Assembly: GCA_963575745.1 (NCBI GenBank)
Contig: CAUYUJ010000196.1
Coordinates: 62,001-116,944, forward strand
DNA length: 54,944 nt
Origin: Prorocentrum cordatum
Lineage: Eukaryota
Direction: 5' to 3'
The notes under the pieces are model-generated. The model was given only the letters and a program-made list of their open reading frames with translations, did no database searches and was not told where the DNA came from. The position numbers and the translations under genes are program-made. How positions within the stretch are numbered: the stretch's first letter is position 1; every line of letters begins with the position of its first letter. This document shows positions 40,301 to 50,848 of the stretch, in pieces.

Positions 40301-42269
40301 GGGTATCGGCGCACTCGCCTGTCTTTCCGAGTCTCTCGGCGCCCTTCTTGGCGGCCCCGTACTTCTGGAGATGCCAGTTGATCTCGCTCGCAACTTTCTG
40401 GCGGACTGCAGCTTGGACTCGTCCGCCAATTTTCGCGCCGCCCTCCGCGAGTGGCTTCGCGTTGTTCCGCGCATCTGGGAGTCTGCGCAGGTGAATGAAA
40501 CAATAAACAAACATCCCGCCCACGTCCACTCCGCCCATGCCGGCGCGCCGAGGGGGGGGGGGGTCCCGCGCGCAGGGGGCTTCGGGGGGGGGGGCCAGCG
40601 CCCCCTGGAAGAGGGGGTTGGCGCTCGCCTGGGAAAGGGGCTGCGCCACCCGGAGCAGGGGTGTCCATCAGCTCGTCATCCGAGGGCGCCGCTGGCTCCT
40701 GCGGCCCAAACATGGGGGCTGCCACTCCCCGCGCACAGCGGGGCTTGGCTCCTTCAGGCCAGTGGCGCGTTCGCGTGGCTGTCTTCGCCGGGGACAGCAC
40801 TATTCCTGAAGCGAAACTGCGCGCAGCGTCGGTCGCCCCCCTGGAAGCGACGAGATCCGCTGGGCAAAAACCAGCGTCGTCTGCTTGTCCTGACAAGAAT
40901 CGGGACGTTCAGGGCGCCTCTGCCTGTCGCCCAACGCTGCAATTTAAGTGGGTCACTCCAATCTGCCGGGGCTCGCCTTCACTCCACCTCGGCAATGCGC
41001 ACTGGGGGCCCATAACCTTGCCCGACGAGATGCCGAAGGGGGCGTCCTGGGGGGGGCGGTGAACCAGACGGCCCTTGGCTGACGCGACCGAGGCCGCTCT
41101 GTCCAGGTAGGTGCCCGCATCCTCGCCCTCCCGTCGTTTGAACCATCTTGGCATGACCGCCGTCTTCTGAAGATTGAGGGATCTGCCATTGGGAATGCCC
41201 ATCTTCGCGAAACGATCGACGCGTTGATCGCCGGCAACATCCCGATCTCCGACTCGCAGTTGACTGCGCCCTTGGCGCGCGGAATATGTCGTCGCGAGGT
41301 CGCACCGAACGCCGGCGAGGCAGGATTCACTGGGCTCCGGGAGGACCCCCCGCGCAAGTCGCCAGCGCAAAACCCCCCGACCGCCGTGGCTCGGCAGGCC
41401 GAGGTTGGGCGCGTTAGCGCCCGCGCGGCGTCGTCGCCCTTAGCCCCAGGCGGCCGCCGTCGAAGCACTGGAGCTTCGGGGCCTTTCCTGGTCGCGCGGG
41501 CCATCGTCGGCGCGGCGCCTGAGTCCGCGTGGGTCACAATCTCAATGCCGGCGGCCCCTGCGTCACCGAGGCCCGCTGCGCTGGAAATTATGAAAGGCGC
41601 ATCCGCCCCCGCCGACGCCTGCGACCGCATCTTCGCGCGCCGCGACTGGCGGGTTGGAGCGGGCGCGGTCGCTGATCGAGTGGGCGGCGCACAAGGCGCT
41701 ATCTGGCCATTCCGACTGCGCGAGCCCGGGCGCGGGAACGGTCTGCTTCTCGGCGGCGGGGGCCCCGGGCGAAGTTGATCCCTGGCCAGGCCCCGTCGAC
41801 TTCCGCGAGCTAGGTCGGTCGCCAGTCAGTTCCCGCAACTCCTTGACGACCTGGTGGCGCGCAGGATTCGCGCCTACTTTGCCCACCTGGCGGAGAAGGC
41901 TCGCATGTACCCCGAGATCTCGGGATGTCGATCTCGAATCCGTCGAAGCGGCCTCGGCCTCCGAGCGGACTTCGGTCGTCCAGCAACTGGTCGGAGAGTC
42001 CCCGACGACTGTGCCGGCTGCCTCGCTGCCTTCGTGAGACCCCCCACCCGGGCGGCCACTTGTTCAACTCGAGCGACCTGCCCGCGTTGAGCTCGCCGCC
42101 CTCCCCGCCCACCCCCGCCTCCGATAAGCGGATCCTCATGACTGCACAGGTCGGCGGCCTCTTCAAGCGAGAAGACCACCGCCTGCGCGTCAATCTGACG
42201 CGCCCTGAGGGCGCCGCGCGGGTCGAACTCTGCAGCGGCGGGTGCCGCCCCGTCAACGCCGCGACAGAG

Positions 42270-43756
42270 GCGTGCAGCAGCGCTGTCTACATGGAAGATC
42301 GTAAAACCGGAAATCCGTAAGATCGTGTCGACGAGGTAAAAGATGTCGAACCTCGCGCCGAAGCCGCTGCTGAAATGCGCCGGCAAAGATTGGCCACCCT
42401 CGCTGCTGCAATCGCCGACGACGCAGCGGAACGCTGTGAACGAGCACTTCGGCACCGTGCCGCAGAGCCTCTCTGCGTAGATCCGACGCCTTTCGCAGTC
42501 GGGGCCCACGCCTACCTGAAATCTGACGCGTCACCAGGGCCGCGCACACTTGCCAAATCAGTCTTGTCAAGGCTGGGCCCCCCCGCAATCCGGAGACTCA
42601 TCGCCGCCAGAGACCTGCCGCGACCCCAGATGGCGACCGAAACCCACAAGAGGGCCGGCGAAGCAATCACTAATCCCATGACAAAATTCGAGATCTCGCG
42701 GACCAACGGCGAACGGCAAACCCTCGGAAGACGCCCGAGCCGAAAGAGTCGGAACACGCGGAAGACTCGTGCGAATTTGCCGCAGTCCACCCCGTCCTCC
42801 GAGCGATGCCGCGGACCATGCCAGATATCGTTATCCATGAACCAAGATCCCGCAGGCTAAGTTCGCAGCAAAGATGGCCGCGACCACGACCTCCAACACG
42901 AGCCAGCCGCCCCATTCATGATCCGTCTGTTTGCTGAGGCCCAAACAGAATACGCTCGCAATAGCAGTCAGCCGGACGGCTATCTATTCAGGGTGCTGTC
43001 CAGGTTCCTGCGCCAACGTGCGCTCGTCTCAAACTCGACTCCAGACGGATGCAGGTCCTCAGTCGTTGCGAGGCGCGTCCGAGACAGCTTGGCAATGGTC
43101 TCATTAACGCTATGCTTGAGCAGGACCTCTTGTATCTTGGTGGCGCCACGAGGGAATATTGGCTCCACCTGGCTCGGGAGATCGGGCATCAAGGTGGCGT
43201 CTACGAAGGCTTTGATAAAACATACCAGTGTCGCACCGAGGAGAACTAGTGCCAGCGCCTTGCCTCTTCGAATCGGCGTTATGCTGGCCAACTCTATGTT
43301 TTTTTACTATCAGGGTCGGATCGCACGGCGACGCGCGCAATATCCCGAAGGGCCATGTCCAGGAATATGTCCTTCATGTTGTACCAATATATCGTAGCCA
43401 ACACTTGGTTCAGTTGCTCGGCGGTGACTGTTTGGCCATGCTGCCGCGACACGTCCAAGCCGAACATATCGAGAAAACGCAACCTCTGCTTGACGACCTT
43501 CGCATGCAGTGTTCACCTTCCCTTGCGGCACCTCCACCAGAACCTCCTGCACAACCAGGACCTCCACCTCCGGGTTCTGCACCGGTCCGCCTCCCCGTGG
43601 CTCACTGCTCGACGACACCTGGCCGGGAATACTGATGCTGCCCCCGCGTTGTAGCTTCTGCCGCAGCCTGTAAACCTCTTCGGCAAACTCGTCCTTCTCT
43701 TGCTTCAGTTTGCTGTGCTCGTCAGCGAGCCTGGACAGCAACTGCTGGAAGTCCAT
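42270..43756 (-). pseudogene. SL-capped processed pseudogene of a single-domain voltage-gated ion channel
   Basis: ATG at 43756: MDFQQLLSRLADEHSKLKQEKDEFAEEVYRLRQKL (coiled coil). S1-like LTAIASVFCLGLS..TDHEW; S2-like GWLVLEVVVAAIFA; S4 ARVFRVFRLFRLGRLPRVCR; S5 FVMGLVIASPALLWVSV; pore GTVPKCSFTAFRCVVGDCS; S6-like RFDIFYLV. Multiple frameshifts and no evident introns. Confidence 0.8.
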
Positions 43757-43811
43757 CGCGGCGGCCAGCCAGCTCACCTTGGAGGCCCAGGGGCGGCGCG
43801 GCTGCTGGTCC

Positions 43812-43833
43812 CTCGAGCCAAACTGGCTACGGT
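43812..43833 (-). other. Dinoflagellate spliced-leader (DinoSL) relic
   Basis: The minus strand reads ACCGTAGCCAGTTTGGCTCGAG versus DCCGTAGCCATTTTGGCTCAAG, a 20/22 match, 55 nt upstream of the channel ATG. Confidence 0.9.
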
Positions 43834-44194
43834 TTCGCATTCTCGCCTTTTCGGGTTGCCGTCAGCTCAAGACGGCCCACGGGGATTCCTTGATGGCCCA
43901 AGAAGCAAGCATCCAAGACGGCCCCAAGACGGCCCACGAGGGCCTCCAGTGGAACCCAAAACGGCCTTAGAAGGCCCTTGGCCTGCCAGAGACGGCGCCA
44001 AGGCGATCCCACGACGGCCTCCACACCTCCACAATACGGCAAAGAATCCCCAAAGACGGCCCAAGAGAACCCAAAGCTGGCGTAAGAGGGCCCAAAGACG
44101 GCCCAACAGGGTCCCAAGGGACCACCAGGACTGCCTCACAGGGGGTCAAGCCAGCTCCACAGACTGCCCACACAAGATCCATCATCATCATCAT

Positions 44195-44249
<55 letters not shown>

Positions 44250-44260
44250 GTCATCATCAT

Positions 44261-44314
<54 letters not shown>

Positions 44315-45587
44315 GATCATGATCATCATCAACATCGACATCGACATCACCATCATCATCATCATCCTCATCATCGCCATCCTCATCCTCATCCTCATCA
44401 TCATCCTCATCCTCATCAGCATCTAGTACAATCATCATCATTATCATATTCCCCATCATCATCAGCATCGTCATCATCATCAGCATCGTTATCGACATCA
44501 TCATCATCATCATCATCAGCATCATCATCATAATCATCATAATCATCATCTATTATCATCCTCATTATCAGCATCACCATCATCGTCGGCCTTCTCATCA
44601 GCAACATCATCATCATCATTATCATTATCATTACCAGTAGCATTACCACTATCATCGTCACCATCATCATCATCATCATCATCATCACTACCACCACCAC
44701 CACCACTACCACCATCATCATCATCATCATCATTTGAATTGCACATCATCTTCAACATTTAAATTGTCATCATCATAATCATCATCATTATCATCATAAT
44801 CATCATCCTCGTCATCATTATCAGCATCCTAATCATCTTCAGTATCATGATCTGCATCATCATCACTATCATCAGCATCAACATCACCGTCATCATCATC
44901 ATCAACAAAATCATCATAAATATCATCATAGTGCACATCATAAAGATCATCACAGCTTCATTACCACCATCATCATCACCATTTGCGTCAGCGGTACCAT
45001 CATCAATGATAACACCATAATCATCAACAACATCATCAATGTAATCATCTTCAGAAGCAGCAGCAGCATTATCACCACCAGCACCATTACCATCAACCTC
45101 ATCATCGGTACCATCATCACCATGACCATCACTTTTGACCACTAAGATTGTCCTCAACATCATCACAATCACCATCAACGACCACCATCATCACAATCGT
45201 CCTACTCCTGATGATGATAATCATCATCATCACCATCACAATCACCATCATCATCGTCACCTTCCTCATCACCACCATCATCACATCCATCATCATGTTC
45301 ATCATCATCAGCATTATCATCATCAGCAGTATCAATAGCATCGTCATCATCATCATCATCACTACCATCATCATCATCATCATCATCATCAACAACAACA
45401 ACATCAACATCAACATCAACATCAACAGCATCGTCATCATCCTCATAATCCTCATCATAATGATTACAACTCTCCCCAACCTGGAGAAACGAAGTGTCAC
45501 ACGTGACGGCTTACCGTGCTCCCTCGAACAATCGCCACCCAGAAGGCTGTCCTGGCACGGTGGCGGGGCTTGCCGCAGGCAGCTGGA
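43834..45587 (+). mobile_element. 5'-truncated copy of the CCAAGACGGCC / microsatellite / GCACGGTGGCGG element family
   Basis: CCAAGACGGCC repeats at 43860-44170, (CAT)n at 44180-45465, and terminal GCACGGTGGCGGGGCTTGCCGCAGGCAGCTGGA at 45555-45587 matching 8742-8773. Confidence 0.55.
44180..45465 (+). repeat. Degenerate (CAT)n microsatellite
   Basis: About 1.3 kb of CAT and variants. Confidence 0.95.
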
Positions 45588-45749
45588 TACCTTCCACAAT
45601 AATCACACTAACAACTTTAAATGATTTCCCCACCCCGGAAACCTAATCCGCCTCCTCCGCCACCTGCATCCCCTCGCCCCGTCCACTTCTCTCTCCTTCC
45701 TAGACCCATCCTGCCATCCGCCACCCGATCTCGCGTCAGCAAACTAATA

Positions 45750-46090
45750 GCTGCAACAACTTTAGAACTCGACTGGGGCGTCTCCAACGGGACCCTGCGA
45801 TTTATCACCCCCCACCCCCATAGCAAAGATTACCCTACCGAATAACACAAACGTATACCAATAACGTTGAAAATATGTCGTCGTCCAAGCATGTCCGCAA
45901 TTCTTGAGCCGATAAGTAGTATCCCGACTGATCTCCCGCACGCTCGATGTGCGCGTCCCTACTTCGTCCAACATCCCTCTACAGAGACAGAGCAGCGTCG
46001 TTGCTGTCTATGCGCAGCTCGTTCGGTTTTCACAGCAAAAGCATGAAACGCCAGTCCCAGAATGCAGGACCGACTTTTGGAGGGTGCTCG
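45750..46090 (+). pseudogene. Possible Penelope-like RT C-terminal remnant
   Basis: TTLELDWGVSNGTLRF followed by PTSSNIP....VVAVYAQLVRF resembles the FLDL.I.I.NG.L and SNIP....GVY.SQL.R motifs of PLE RTs. No GIY-YIG domain was recognised. Confidence 0.3.
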
Positions 46091-47036
46091 ACAGGAGCGG
46101 CCCGCTCGTGATCAACAGAGACTGGACTAGCTTATGCCCCCTATGACTCGATCCGAACGGATCAACAGCCCTGCCCGGATTAAGAAAAACACCAAGATTC
46201 ATCACATGACGACAGGAGAGCGGGGGATACGGGGTAGCAGATGGCCTTGAGTTGAGCATGAACAACCGACACACCACAAGACAGTCCACACCCTTCGCAA
46301 TCTCCAATATCCTACCAATCCCACTGGCAAGAAGACCACCTTTGTTCGCATGCGACAAAGTTGACGACCGCAAATGGCCGAGGCAACAAGAGAAGCGAGC
46401 AATCATGGAAATGGTGGCCGCTCGCTGCCGCGCCTTCTCCTCAGCCCAGAACTTGACTGCCTGGCGACGGTCACCAGTCCAATGTGCCCTACTACCCCCG
46501 CTCCTCTCGCCCCGCGAAGGAAGAACCAATGTGGCACACGCCAGAAAACCGAACGGACGGATTACAACACGTCACGTTCCTGAAACAACCGCCGACCTAC
46601 GCTTGCCGTCGTACACCCCCATCTCCATTTTCAACAATGCTCAACGAACGAGACCTTCCAAGATTCCTGATCTGGCCACGTTCACCGGGACTCCTGGCAC
46701 CCTTACCTGTCGGAAGAACAGAACCGTGAGACCACTGACAAAAGCATTGTCCAACTAAAAAAAATGAAAACAAACTAGCGCTCCACTCTGCGAAATTACT
46801 GGCGGATCCTTGGGGGGCGACCAACGACTCCGAAGCGCACCTGGCCGTGGAGACGAAGAACCCCCCCGAAAACCCTGGAGTCACGGAGGCCTCGAAGACC
46901 TGGTCGGGCCGCGGCCCTGCAGCGCGTCGCATGCCGATTGGGGATGGCACGATGAGGAAATGAGGAAAAAACCGATAGAAGAAAACGAATACGGAGGCGG
47001 AAGGAAGAGGAACAGAAGGTGAAGGAGAGGAGGAGG

Positions 47037-47428
47037 ATCACCATCATCACCATCACCGTAATCACCACCATCACAACCATCATCGCAATCCTCCCCACAT
47101 CACTACAATCGCCGTGACCATCGCCACCAATATCGCCACAATCACTATCACGACAAAACCTCATCCCCATCATCCCCATCATCCCCATCATCATATTTCC
47201 AGCAGCATTGTCACTGCCATTGATATCACCACGATCAGCATAATAACCATCATCGCCATCACGAGTATAGCCATCATAACCATCATCGCCATCGTCGTCG
47301 CCAACATCACCTACATCATCAGCAGCAACATCAGCACCCCCATCATCTTCATAACACCCATCATCAACGTCATCGCCACCCTCAACATCAGTATGCGCCC
47401 CATCGGCGCCAGCAGCATCGACAACATA
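47037..47428 (+). repeat. Highly degenerate (CAT)n-derived tract
   Basis: Triplet periodicity of CAT/CAC/CGC/CAA. Confidence 0.85.
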
Positions 47429-48119
47429 ATTCTCTCGTTCCCGCGTTAGCGAGCGGTCGTCAGGGCGCGCAGGGCCGCGGCCAACGCGCGCGGAATGGGG
47501 CCCTAGAAAAGGCCAGGACCCCCCGGGTGCGCGAGGGCCGAGCACCGCCGCCAATGCGACGAGGGTCGCCAAAACCCCGCGGCGCGCCAGCAGCGGCGCA
47601 ACTAGCCTCGGCGAAGCAGAAGAGAGAGGAGAGGGCGGGGGGCCAAGCAGCTGCAACGACCGCGAGGTGCAAAGGAGAAGGGATAATAAGAGTGAGCGGT
47701 CCCCCGCCGCCGCGATAGCGAGCGGTCGCGATGGCGCGCGGGGCCGCGGCCGACGCGCGCAGAAGAAGGCCCGAACGAGACCGGGGCCCCCCGAGGCGAG
47801 CGAGGGCCAAAGACCGCCGCTCAGAGGGCAAGGGTCGCCAAGACGCAGCGGTGCGTCAGCGGCCACGCCCGGACTCCAAGCCTTTGCGCAGTGAGAAAAT
47901 TCCGGCGGGCGGCCGCAACTTGCGCTCACCGCGCAGACGGGCCCCCAGCGAGGAAATAATCGACAAGGCGGTCGCTGTCAGCAGCGAAGTGCACACCGCG
48001 CGCGCGAGCTAAATCAGGAAGGGCGGGCAAAACAAACGCGGCGGCGGCGGCCTGGAGACGGCGCTCAGCGCTGGAAACCTGGCGCCAGCGGCCGCGCCGC
48101 AAGAGACGCCGCGCGCCTT

Positions 48120-48560
48120 CCGTGACCATGCGCAAATTTCTCGCCCCTGAACCTCGCGAACAGGCAAGCGCACGTTTCAGCCCGCCCGCCGCTCTGGACG
48201 GCGCGGCGCCCGCGGCCGCGAGCAAATGGCACCGCCGAGCGCGGGGGCCGCTCTGCCCGAAGCGCGAACGCGGATCGGTCGTGCTTGAATGCTGGGACAC
48301 TAGCTCCAGGGTCCTCGCCGACGACCAATCGGAGCAGCGAGCGAGCTGCGTCGAACAGGCGCGGCTGGTCTACGGTGCTTTCACGGCGAGAAAGGCGCCG
48401 CCGCTGGCTTCCAAACGATCGCTGAGTAGCGAGAGATCGCGACGGCGGGCGACCATTGCATCGCCGGGGCGAGGGAACATGGCGAAAACAACCGTAGCCC
48501 GAAAGAGGGCGCGAGGCACTGGCGGGCAGGGCGCGGAGGGCCCAACAAGTCCCCACTGCT
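48120..48560 (+). pseudogene. Possible decayed RT fragment
   Basis: SRVLADD followed by A..VYGAF.ARKA.LASKRS resembles the xADD region of non-LTR RTs. Other motifs are not recognisable. Confidence 0.3.
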
Positions 48561-48647
48561 CGGCCACGCCGCAGGCCTCCAAAAGAATTAGCCAGACGAA
48601 GGACCCAACCATATGCAGGTGTGAGTACCGCAATTGTGATTCCCTTT

Positions 48648-48700
48648 TTCGGTGGTGATCCCTATGGGGCAACGAACCGTGCTAGTGGTGTGCCGAAATG
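48648..48700 (+). repeat. Solo degenerate half-copy of the 90-bp satellite unit
   Basis: TTCGGTGGTGATCCCTATGGGGCAACGAACCGTGCTAGTGGTGTGCCGAAATG aligns to the array unit. Confidence 0.8.
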
Positions 48701-49285
48701 AATGGCGTGGTACACAACGCGAACGAAAACGATCGATCTGAATACGTAGGGAGACTGAGCGCGGGTGAATCTGAGCGCGAGCGCGTCTGACTGTGAATGA
48801 ATCTGCGTGCGAGCGAGTCTACGTGCATGAATGAGAGTATGCCAATGCATGGTGCAATTGTATATGAATTCTAATAGTTTGTGAATGACTGCCTCTGAGT
48901 ACTCGTGACGCTGGGCGTGGCCGCCGCAAGGAGCTTCCCCGGGACTCCCCGACGGCATCGCCCGCGCGCCGCGACGCCACCGCGAGGATCGCGCCCGCTT
49001 CCTCCCCTTCTTTTACTCCCTCTTTGCCCGCGCACTCAAAAGTCCAAAGCTGCGGGCGCAGCGCAGCGCGGAGTCCCAGCGACGCGCGCAGGTCGCCCCG
49101 GAGGGGTCCCAGCGACGCGCGCGGGTCGTCCGCTGCGCGCAGCAAAGAGAGCTAGCTGGCTGGCTGATACCGGGCAAGGCTCTTGCCGCTGGGCAGAGCG
49201 ACGACGGGCGAGGGAGGCGCGGAACTCCGACGGCCTCCGACGGAGGTGTACTGGGCGGGGGAGACGCGTGCGGACTGCGCCACGG

Positions 49286-50760
49286 AGACCTTCGGTGGAG
49301 CTCCCAATGGGGCCACGAAACGCGTGAAGGGTGTGCCGAAATGGGCGTGCGGGACGCATGCGGGCACGCCCACTGGGGCCTTCGGTGGAGCTCCCTATGG
49401 GGCCACGAAACGTGTGAGGGGTGTGCCGAAATGGGTGCGCGGGACGCATGCGGGCACACCCACTGGGACCTTCGGTGGAGCTCCCCATGGGGCCACGAAG
49501 CGTGCGAGGGGTGTGCCGAAATGGGCGTGCGGGACGCATGCTGGCACACCCACTGGGACCTTCTGTGGAGCTCCCCATAAGGCCACGAAGCGTGTGAGGG
49601 GTGTGCCGCCATGGGTGTGCGGGACGCATGCGGGTACACCCACTGGGACCTTCGGCGGAGCTCCCTATGGGGCCACGAAACGCGCGAGGGTTGTGCCGAA
49701 ATGGGCGTGCGGGACGCATGCGGGCACGCCCACTGGGGCCTTCGGGGGAGCTCCCTATGGGGCCACGAAACGTGCGAGGGGTGGGCCGAAATGGGCGTGC
49801 GGGACGCACGCGGGCACACCCCTGGGACCTTCGGTTGAGCTCCCTATGGGGCCACGAACGTGCGAAGGGTATGTCGAAATGGGTGTGCGGGACGCATGGG
49901 GGCACACCCACTGGGACCTTCGGTGAGCTCCCTATGGGGCCACGAAACGTGCGAGGGGTGTGCCTAAATGGGTGTGCGGGACGCATGCGGGCACACCCAC
50001 TGGGAACTTCGGTGGGGCTCCCTATGGGGCGAGGGGTGTGCCGAAATGGGCGTGCGGGACGCATGCGGGCACGCCCACTGGGGCCTTCGGCGGAGCTCCC
50101 TATGGGGCCGCGAAACGTGCGAGGGGTGTGCCGAAATGGGTGCGCGGGGCGCATGCGGGCACACCCACTGGGACCTTCGGTGGAGCTCCCCATGGGGCCA
50201 CGAAACGTGCGAAGAGTGTGCCGAAATGGGCGTGCGGGACGCATGCTGGCACACCCACTGGGACCTTCGGTTGAGCTCCCTCCCCATGGGGCCACGAAGC
50301 GTGTGAGGGTTGTGCCGACATGGGTGTGCAGGACGCATGCGGGCACGCCCACTGGGACCTTCGGCGGAGCTCCCTATGGGGCCACGAAACGCGCGAGGGG
50401 TGTGCCGAAATGGGTGTGCGGGACGCATGCGGGCACACCCACTCGGACCTTCGGTGGAGCTCCGTATGGGGCCACGAAATGTCTAAAGGGTGCGCCGAAA
50501 TGGGCGTGCGGGACGCATGCGGTGGAGCTCCCATATGGGGCCGCGGAACGCGTGAGGGGTGTGCCGAAATGGGTGTGCGGGACGCACGCGGGCACACCCA
50601 CTGGGACCTTCGGTGGAGCTCCCTATGGGGCCACGAAACGTGCGAGGGGTGTGCCGAAATGGGTGTGCGGGACGCATCCGGGCACGCCCGCTGGGACCTT
50701 CGGCGGAGCTTTCTATGGGGCCACGAAGCGTGTGAGGGGCGTGCCGAAATGGGTGTGCGG
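49286..50760 (+). repeat. Tandem array, ~16-17 copies of a 90-bp unit
   Basis: Unit GGGACCTTCGGTGGAGCTCCCTATGGGGCCACGAAACGTGCGAGGGGTGTGCCGAAATGGGCGTGCGGGACGCATGCGGGCACACCCACT. TTCGG anchors at 49291, 49381, 49471, 49561, 49651, 49741, etc. Confidence 0.97.
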
Positions 50761-50799
50761 AGGAGGAGGGGGCAGCGGGAGGACGGTGGGAACGCGGGG

Positions 50800-50848
50800 C
50801 GCTGTCTCTTCAAAACGAGGACCCAACAACACAGGTTGGTTGAGAAAA
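50800..50848 (+). other. Conserved array-terminal motif with hairpin (copy 2)
   Basis: CGCTGTCTCTTCAAAACGAGGACCCAACAACACAGGTTGGTTGAGAAAA, homologous to 6336-6377. Confidence 0.8.

Noticed and set aside
37600..42250. Possible ORF1/endonuclease remains of the LINE whose RT lies at 36600-37300
   Set aside because: Position and strand are plausible, but no unambiguous motifs survive.
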